NCBI GenBank assembly: GCA_963741945.1
Contig: CAVUKA010000005.1
Span: forward strand, 32,001-96,000
Length of the DNA: 64,000 nucleotides
Reading direction: 5' to 3'
From: an uncultured Gemmatimonadales bacterium
GTDB taxonomy: Bacteria; Gemmatimonadota; Gemmatimonadetes; Longimicrobiales; RSA9
Made by a program: the position numbers and the translations under genes. Shown here piece after piece: positions 57,782 through 64,000 of the stretch. The notes beneath the pieces were generated by a model, which saw only the letters and a list, made by a program, of their open reading frames with translations, made no database searches and had not been told where the DNA came from. Position 1 is the first letter of the stretch. Each line of letters opens with the position of its first letter.

Positions 57782-58690
57782 CTAGGCCGCACCCCCCGCT
57801 TCGCTCAACGTCCCCAGCGGAGCGCCGAGCCGGATGTCGCGCCCGGGCGCCACGTCCCGCTGCAGCGCGACGCCGCGCTCGAAGAGCAGAACCACCGTGG
57901 AGCCAAGGTGGAACGCCATCAATCCATCGCCCCGCGTCACGGCCAGCGGCGGCTCGTACAGGCGCGTCTCGGCCCGCGCGCCGGTCCGGTTCGTCACCAG
58001 CGTTTCGTCGTAGTCGGCCGTGATCCGCCCCACGTTGAACGCACCCACGGCCACCACCGCCACCGCACCCCGGCCCCCGTCGGGCATCGCCCCGCCGGAG
58101 CCCCCGCCGGAGCCCCCGCCGGCCGCCGCCTCCGCTCCGCTGCCAGCGGGCTCGATCAGCGTCACCAGCCGCTCGTTGCGCGGGAACAGCCGGTCGATCG
58201 CCGCCACCGCGGGCGCGTTCACGGGCAGGAGACGACCGGGGATGTGCCGGGCCTGACGCACCTGTCCCGATACCGGCGCGTGGATCCGGTGATAATGGTG
58301 TGGCGCCAGGTACAGCGTGACGAATGTGCCATGGGCGAACCGCGCGGCCAGCGCCGCGTCGTCCAGGAGCTCGGCTACCGAGTACCAGCGCCCCTTGGCC
58401 TGCAGCGCCCGGCCCTTCCGGACTTCGCCCACCTGGCCGACGACGCCGTCCACCGGCGAGCCGGGCACCCCTTCCGCCGACGGCCACACCCGCGCCCCCG
58501 GCCGCAGCTTCCGGACGAACAGGTCGTCCAGGGAGCCGAACGACGACAGCGGCTCGGCCGCCTCGGACAGGTCCATGCGCAGAACGGCCGCGGCCGCCCC
58601 CAGTACCCGCTGGCGCAACGCCCGGGGGAGCGGCACCCGGGCCATCCTGCCCGTCGCGCGCGACAGCAGCGCCGTGATCCAGCGGATCAG
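57782..58690 (-). CDS. psd: Phosphatidylserine decarboxylase proenzyme
   Basis: FVRKLRPGAR, SPVDG, YLAPHHYHRIH, NER, VGAFNVG, FHLGSTV cleavage motif. Start CTG 58690 inferred (ATG 58645 alternative). Confidence 0.9.
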   Translation of the reverse strand: MIRWITALLSRATGRMARVPLPRALRQRVLGAAAAVLRMDLSEAAEPLSSFGSLDDLFVRKLRPGARVWPSAEGVPGSPVDGVVGQVGEVRKGRALQAKGRWYSVAELLDDAALAARFAHGTFVTLYLAPHHYHRIHAPVSGQVRQARHIPGRLLPVNAPAVAAIDRLFPRNERLVTLIEPAGSGAEAAAGGGSGGGSGGAMPDGGRGAVAVVAVGAFNVGRITADYDETLVTNRTGARAETRLYEPPLAVTRGDGLMAFHLGSTVVLLFERGVALQRDVAPGRDIRLGAPLGTLSEAGGAA

Positions 58691-59121
58691 CGCAGCACTC
58701 CGTTGATGTAGTCCTTCAGGTGACGGTTCTCGGCTTCCATGGTCCGGCGCACTGCGTTCACCACGTCGCCGATGGAGACGATCCCCTCCAGCTGTCCGTC
58801 CGCCACGATCGGCAGGTGCCTGACCCGGTTCTGCGTCATGATCCCCATGACGTAGTCCAGCCCGTCGTCCGGCACCGCCACCAGCACGTCCGACGTCATG
58901 GCCTCCTCCACCCGCGTGCGCTCCAGCCGGGCCGGGTCGCCGGCCGCCAGGTCCAGCACGTCACGCTCGGTCAGGATCCCCGCCACCTCGTCACCGGTCC
59001 GGACCACCAGTGCGCCGATCCGGTGCTCGGACAGGATCCGCGCGGCGGTGAGCACCGTCTGGTCCGGCGCGACGGAGATGACCTCGCTGCCCTTGGTGCG
59101 GAGAATGTCGCGGATCTTCAT
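58687..59121 (-). CDS. CBS-pair protein
   Basis: IGALVV, GILTERD, RHLPIV, GIVSIGD. Confidence 0.92.
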   Translation of the reverse strand: MKIRDILRTKGSEVISVAPDQTVLTAARILSEHRIGALVVRTGDEVAGILTERDVLDLAAGDPARLERTRVEEAMTSDVLVAVPDDGLDYVMGIMTQNRVRHLPIVADGQLEGIVSIGDVVNAVRRTMEAENRHLKDYINGVLR

Positions 59122-59224
59122 GCGGTCTCCCGTCTGTGGGTGAACGGAGTCCGACGTCGGAAGGGGGTATCAATATGCCCGGGCCATGAGGTGAAGGCCA
59201 GAACAAACCATGGCACGGGAGCGG

Positions 59225-60049
59225 CTACCGCGGCGGCCTGGGGGTGGCGGTGAGGTCGAGGACGGAGACTTCCGGGCGCGCGAACACCCGGATCGGGAGC
59301 CCGGAGGTGCCGATCCCGCGGGACGTGTAGACCTGGGTCCAGGGCCGCCGGCGGAGCCCCTGGACGTAGAGATCGGGATTTTCGGCCGAGTTCACGGGCG
59401 CGCCCACGAGCGGGATACGCACCTGGCCGCCGTGGGTATGGCCGCTGACGACCAGGTCCACGGCGTCGAAGGAGCGGCGGCACTGCTCCGCCTGGTCGGG
59501 AGAATGGGCGAGGACCACGGTAAGATCGCGGGCCCCGGGGGGCGGCAGGATCAGGCGGGGCTCGCCCTCGCTCAGGTCGTCGACGCCTGCCACGCAGATG
59601 CGGGCGCCCTCGCGATCGCGCATGATGTAGCGGTTGGTCAGGTCCGTGATCGCCTTGCGAAGCCCCACGGCCCGCCGCCACCGCTCGATCCCGCTCTTGT
59701 GGTCATGGTTGCCGGGCACCGCGAACACCCCCAGCGGCGCCGAAAGCGGCATCAGCGCGTCCAGCACGGCTTCCAGCCCGTCCGGGTCCTCGGCGAAATC
59801 CCCCGTGACGGCCACCAGATCGGGGCGAGCCGCCCCCAGCGCCGCAACGGCTCGCCGTACCAGCCGGACGCCCTTGCGGCGCTCGACGTGCAGGTCGGTG
59901 AGCACACCGATGCGGAGCCCTTCCAGCGGAGCCGGGAGCCCCGCGATGTGGATTCCCACGTGACGACGCTGGAGCCAGCGGGGCTCCACCAGCACCGCGT
60001 ACCCGAGCGCCGCAGCGGCACTCCCCGCCACCCACCACTTCTTCTTCAC
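59225..60049 (-). CDS. Metallophosphoesterase (YkuE-like)
   Basis: DLH, TGD, GNHD, LAH.PD, SGHTHGGQ. GTG start with AGGAG RBS. Confidence 0.9.
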   Translation of the reverse strand: MKKKWWVAGSAAAALGYAVLVEPRWLQRRHVGIHIAGLPAPLEGLRIGVLTDLHVERRKGVRLVRRAVAALGAARPDLVAVTGDFAEDPDGLEAVLDALMPLSAPLGVFAVPGNHDHKSGIERWRRAVGLRKAITDLTNRYIMRDREGARICVAGVDDLSEGEPRLILPPPGARDLTVVLAHSPDQAEQCRRSFDAVDLVVSGHTHGGQVRIPLVGAPVNSAENPDLYVQGLRRRPWTQVYTSRGIGTSGLPIRVFARPEVSVLDLTATPRPPR

Positions 60050-60123
60050 GGACTCCTGCCTCCATCCCGCGGGCCGGCCGATTCGAACCATGGCCGGGTG
60101 CGGCAAGCCGCGAGCCAGCGCGA

Positions 60124-61590
60124 CTACGCCGCGGGGACCAGCCGGTCCAGCACCCGCGCCGATGACAGGACGCCCGGAACGCCGGCTCCGGGATGCGTGC
60201 CGGCCCCGACGAAGTACAGACCCTCCACGTCGGGCGCACGATTGTGGTAGCGGAACCAGGCCGACTGCGTCAGGATCGGCTCCGGCCCGAACGCCGCTCC
60301 GTCCACCGACCGGAGCTTCTGCTCGAAATCCCGGGGCGTCATGGTGGTGCGCGTGATCACGGCGTCGGTGAGTCCGGGCATGAGCCGGTGCTCGAGCGCT
60401 TCCAGGATCCGGTCGAAGTAGCCGTCCGCCTCCCGCGCCCAGTCCACACCGCTGCGCGTGTTCGGCACCGGAGAGAGCACGTAGAACGCGTCCCGCCCCG
60501 GCGGCGCCATCCCGGGGTCCGTGCGGGCGGGCGCGTGCAGATACAGGGAAAAGTCGTCGGCCAGGACCCGCTTCCGATAGATGTCGTCCAGAAGCGGACG
60601 GTAGCGCGGGCCCAGCACGATGGTGTGGTGCGCCAGCCGGTCGTACACCCGATCCGTGCCGAAATAGCCCACGAACAGGCTCGGCGACGCCCGCGTGCGC
60701 CTCGCCTTCCGCAGACCCCGGGGGACGTCGCGCTCGCCCATCATGTGGCGGTAGACCCACGACGGGTCCGCGTTGCTCACCACCAGCTCCGCCTCCAGCC
60801 GCTCGCCCGTCTCCATCCGCACGCCCACGGCCCGACCTTCGCGGACCAGCACTTCCTCCACCGGCGACCCCAGGCGCACCTCCACCCCGTGCTCCTCCAG
60901 CAGTCGGACCAGCCCGTCCACGATCGCGCCCGTCCCGCCCAGGGCGAAGTGCACGCCCCACTTCCGCTCCAGCCAGTGGATCAGGAGGTAGATGGACGTC
61001 GTGCTGAACGGATTGCCGCCCACCAGCAGCGGCTCGAACGTGAACGCCTGCCGCAGCCGCTCGTCCTCGATGTAGCGCGACACCAGGCCGTGCACCGTCC
61101 GATAGCTTCCCAGCCGGACCATGGACGGGATCACCCGCGCCATGGCAGTCCAGCGGTCGAACGGACGGTCCGCCAGCCGCGTGTAGCCCACGTCGAAGAT
61201 CCGCTCCGCCGCCTTCGCCAGGCGACGGTAGTTGTCGACGTCCCGCGGGCTGAGCGCCTCGATCTGCGCCAGCAGCCGGTCCTCGTCCCCCACGTAGTCG
61301 AACGTCGAGCCGTCCGGGAACAGGATCCGGTAGAACGGGTCCACCGGCACCAGCTCGAAGTAGTCCCGCGAGTCCCGTCCCAGCAGCCCGAACAGCTCGT
61401 GCAGCAGGTGCGGCGCCGTGATCACCGTGGGGCCCGCATCGAACCGGAAGCCGTCCTGCTCGATCACCCGCGCCCGCCCACCCGGCCGGTCCAGCGCTTC
61501 CAGGAGCGTCACGGCATACCCCTTCGCCCGCAGCCGCACCGCCGCCGCCAGCCCGCCGAACCCGCTCCCGATCACCACCGCTCGCTTCAC
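60124..61590 (-). CDS. crtI: Phytoene desaturase
   Basis: VIGSGFGG, FDAGPT, SLYLHAP, QSAWFR, VGAGTHPGAGVPGVL. GTGA overlap with carH. Confidence 0.93.
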   Translation of the reverse strand: MKRAVVIGSGFGGLAAAVRLRAKGYAVTLLEALDRPGGRARVIEQDGFRFDAGPTVITAPHLLHELFGLLGRDSRDYFELVPVDPFYRILFPDGSTFDYVGDEDRLLAQIEALSPRDVDNYRRLAKAAERIFDVGYTRLADRPFDRWTAMARVIPSMVRLGSYRTVHGLVSRYIEDERLRQAFTFEPLLVGGNPFSTTSIYLLIHWLERKWGVHFALGGTGAIVDGLVRLLEEHGVEVRLGSPVEEVLVREGRAVGVRMETGERLEAELVVSNADPSWVYRHMMGERDVPRGLRKARRTRASPSLFVGYFGTDRVYDRLAHHTIVLGPRYRPLLDDIYRKRVLADDFSLYLHAPARTDPGMAPPGRDAFYVLSPVPNTRSGVDWAREADGYFDRILEALEHRLMPGLTDAVITRTTMTPRDFEQKLRSVDGAAFGPEPILTQSAWFRYHNRAPDVEGLYFVGAGTHPGAGVPGVLSSARVLDRLVPAA

Positions 61591-62522
61591 GCCCTCCCTC
61601 CTTCCGCCGACCGCAGCACTTCCCGCAGCGCCGCCAGATCCGGCACCCGCGTCACCCCCGCCACCGCGCACCGCCCCGAGGATCGACCGCCCACCAGCAC
61701 CGGCACCCCCGCCGGCAGCCGACGACGAACCTCCGCCAGCTGCTCCACCGCCTCCCCACGTGACAGCACCACCACGCTCAGCCCCACCACCGATGCCCCC
61801 GCCCGCGTGGCCGCCCCCGCGATCTCCTCCGCCGGCAGCGATGGCCCCAGGTACAGCACCCGCCATCCCGCATCCGCCGCCACCACGGACGCCAGCATCG
61901 CCCCGAACTCGTGCGACTCCCCCGACGGCGTTCCCATCATCGCCAGGGGAGCCGACACCCCCGCATCGAATTCCCCGAGCAGCCAGTCCAGAACCCGTCG
62001 CACCGCCGTCGACACCACGTGCTCCTGCGCCGGGCGCAGCGATCCCGCCTCCCACAACGAACCCACCCGCTCCAGCAGCGGCGCGACCACCGCGCCCACG
62101 AACGTCGTCACGTCCAGCCGCACCACCGCGCGCATCAGCGCAGACCGCAACGCCCCGGTGTCCATCGCTTCCGCCGCCGCAATGCACGACTCCAGGTAGC
62201 CCTCAACACGCCACCCACCCTCCCCCTCCCCGCCCACCCCCCATTCCCCGATCACCGCACCCGCATCCTCCCCCACCAGCGACACCAGCTCCTCCAGCGG
62301 CAACCCCGCCACGCTCCCGATGCTCCGCCCCCCCTCCGTCGCCCGCTTCAACAGCCCCAGACGCACCACGTCCGCGTCGCTGTATAGCCGTTGTCCACCT
62401 TCCGTCCGCCCCGGCTCCACCGCACCGTATCGCCGCTCCCACGCCCGCAGAACGTGCGGCGACAGACCCGTCCGCTGCACCACCACCCCGATCGGATGCC
62501 GGCCTTCCCCGCCTCTCGCCAT
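61587..62522 (-). CDS. carH: MerR-family cobalamin-dependent photoregulator (CarH/LitR)
   Basis: MerR HTH LRAWERRYG..P.RT.GG.RLY, W-x9-EH (WEAGSLRPAQEH), ExHxxG (ESHEFG), VLVGG. Confidence 0.9.
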   Translation of the reverse strand: MARGGEGRHPIGVVVQRTGLSPHVLRAWERRYGAVEPGRTEGGQRLYSDADVVRLGLLKRATEGGRSIGSVAGLPLEELVSLVGEDAGAVIGEWGVGGEGEGGWRVEGYLESCIAAAEAMDTGALRSALMRAVVRLDVTTFVGAVVAPLLERVGSLWEAGSLRPAQEHVVSTAVRRVLDWLLGEFDAGVSAPLAMMGTPSGESHEFGAMLASVVAADAGWRVLYLGPSLPAEEIAGAATRAGASVVGLSVVVLSRGEAVEQLAEVRRRLPAGVPVLVGGRSSGRCAVAGVTRVPDLAALREVLRSAEGGRA

Positions 62523-62600
62523 CACCCCTCTCCTCTCCTGCGCCACCACACCCCGTCTCCGCCCCCATCCCTCCCGCCCCCCACCCCGGTCAACGCAGCA

Positions 62601-62677
62601 AAGCTATGTCCCGGGCGCCGGACCGTCAAGGTTGTGTCGAAATAAACCTTGACAATACTTAGACGATCGGCTATCCC
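62601..62677. promoter_or_regulatory. Back-to-back sigma70 promoters with CarH-like 11-bp repeats
   Basis: Plus strand TTGACA(62649)-17-TATCCC. Minus strand TTGACG(62629)-17-TAGCTT. TTGACA and TAGACG are 11 bp apart. Confidence 0.7.
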
Positions 62678-62708
62678 TTTCGGTCCACGCGAGACGGAGT
62701 GAGAGCGG

Positions 62709-63689
62709 ATGAGCGCGACATTGGGATTCGAGGAGCGGGCGCGTCAGCCACGGCGGGAGGTGGGCGCGGGGGCGCCCGGCGCGCGTCCGGCGAAACCGGG
62801 GGAAGGCGGAGCAATGGTGGCGCGACGCGGACGGCGGTGGGGCTGGGTGGACGCGGGTGGGCTGCTGGTGCTCCTGGTGTTCTCTCTGGCGGCGGCGATG
62901 GGGTTCGCGCTGTTCGGACGTGATCCCGCGCGGGTGGCGGCGCTCGGGGAGGGCGCGGCGCGGTTCTACGCCGCGTCGTTCGGGCTGTTCGCCCGGGGTC
63001 AGGTTCTGGTGGCGGCGGCAGTGCTGGCGGTGGTGCTGATCCGCGCGGCCGGGGTGCGCTGGGTCCCGGCGCTGGTGGCGGTGTACGTGGCGAGCCTGGG
63101 GAGCGAGCTGCTCGGGACGGCGTGGGGGATTCCGTTCGGCGCATACCGGTACACGTCGCTCCTGGGTGTGAAGTGGCTGGGTCTGGTCCCGGTCCTGATC
63201 CCGCTCAGCTGGTTCTTCATGGCGGTGCCGTCGTACGGGCTGGCGCGGCGGGCATCGGGGGATCGGCGCTGGCTTCGGCTGCTGGCTGGGTCGCTTCTGT
63301 TGCTGGCGTGGGACCTGGTTCTGGACCCGGCCATGAGCGAGGTGACACGGTACTGGGTGTGGGCGGAGCGGGGCCCGTACTACGGTATGCCGCTGACGAA
63401 TCTGTTCGGCTGGTACGTCACGGGTCTGGTCCTGATGGGGGTGCTCGAGGTAACGGGTGGCCGGAGCTGGCTGGACAGGGTGTCGCCGGTGTGGCTTGGG
63501 GGCTTCTACGTGGCGAACCTGGTGCTTCCGCTGGGGCTGGCGGCGGCGGCGGGGCTGTGGGGGGCGGTGCTGGCGCCGCTCGTGGTCCTGGGCGTCATGG
63601 GCGGCGTGGCGTGGCGACTGCGCCCGCGGCAACCGGTGCGGGCCGTGATCCGTCCAGCGGCGTCGTCGGACAGGGAGGTGGTGCGGTGA
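62709..63689 (+). CDS. Carotenoid biosynthesis membrane protein (CruF-type hydratase)
   Basis: SELLG..WGIPFGAYRY, VPVLIPLSW, WDLVLDPAM, YYGMPLTNLFGW, multiple TMs, next to crtI/carH. Confidence 0.85.
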   Translation: MSATLGFEERARQPRREVGAGAPGARPAKPGEGGAMVARRGRRWGWVDAGGLLVLLVFSLAAAMGFALFGRDPARVAALGEGAARFYAASFGLFARGQVLVAAAVLAVVLIRAAGVRWVPALVAVYVASLGSELLGTAWGIPFGAYRYTSLLGVKWLGLVPVLIPLSWFFMAVPSYGLARRASGDRRWLRLLAGSLLLLAWDLVLDPAMSEVTRYWVWAERGPYYGMPLTNLFGWYVTGLVLMGVLEVTGGRSWLDRVSPVWLGGFYVANLVLPLGLAAAAGLWGAVLAPLVVLGVMGGVAWRLRPRQPVRAVIRPAASSDREVVR

Positions 63690-64000
63690 GGCCGGGGTCC
63701 GGCGGCGCCCTGGCGGAGGCGGCGGAACGCGTGGCGGCAGGGCTGGCGCGGGTGACGGCGGAGCTGTCGGCGGCGGGTCTGCCGGTGCCCGCGTGGGAGG
63801 GGAAGCGGATCCGTCCGGTGGTGGGCTGGGCGGCAGCCCGGCAGCTGGGGGGGATGTCCCGGGATCGCCGGAGGACATCCGCCTGTGGCGCGCCCTGGCC
63901 TCGGTCCAGCTTGCGCACGAGGCGTCGCTCCTCCACGACGACGTGATCGACGCCGCGCCCTTGCGGCGCGGTGCGGCGACGGTGGCGGCCGCGCGGGGGG
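63686..64000 (+). pseudogene. Polyprenyl (GGPP) synthase, frameshifted at G7, runs off window end
   Basis: GKRIRP in the start frame. LAHEASLLHDDVID..LRRG (FARM) lies in a different frame after the G run at 63847-63853. Confidence 0.8.

Noticed and set aside
59150-59226. Palindrome TCCGACGTCGGA and plus-strand TGGCACGGGAGCGGC upstream of the CBS gene
   Set aside because: A single 12-bp palindrome is uninformative, and the sigma54-like site faces the wrong direction.
60078-60092. GGTTCGAATC tRNA T-loop-like motif on the minus strand
   Set aside because: No T-stem pairing or cloverleaf around it.

Overview
High-GC, densely coding bacterial chromosome segment. The lineage is probably Gemmatimonadota-like (inference from a SusC/SusD pair in a high-GC genome and the style of the small hypothetical proteins). 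About 50 CDS are supported: two regulator-TolC-MFP(-RND) efflux operons (TetR and GbsR-type, each with a sigma70 promoter and palindromic operator), two ECF sigma/zinc anti-sigma pairs, pepP, thrC, holA, Nudix hydrolase, M16/M1/M28 peptidases, susC/susD, apgM, three amidohydrolase modules, a PAS-GGDEF-EAL protein, ktrAB, an OmpA lipoprotein, hrpB, psd, and the start of a CarH (B12 photoreceptor)-linked carotenoid cluster. No rRNA, tRNA, CRISPR array or mobile element was seen. Main observations: (1) a 39-codon in-frame chimera of an archease N-terminus and an RtcB C-terminus, apparently the deletion scar of an RNA-repair module at the end of a putative sigma54-driven dksA-like operon; (2) five sigma54-type GG-N10-GC promoters; (3) a recurring TANNNT-N6-ATG leaderless architecture; (4) a ~410-nt structured, switch-like leader ahead of susC; (5) a beta-propeller-MarC fusion; (6) a G7 frameshift in the polyprenyl synthase and G-quadruplex motifs in carH; (7) a probable CTG start for psd. 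All calls come from reading the sequence and from motif knowledge. No database searches were run.
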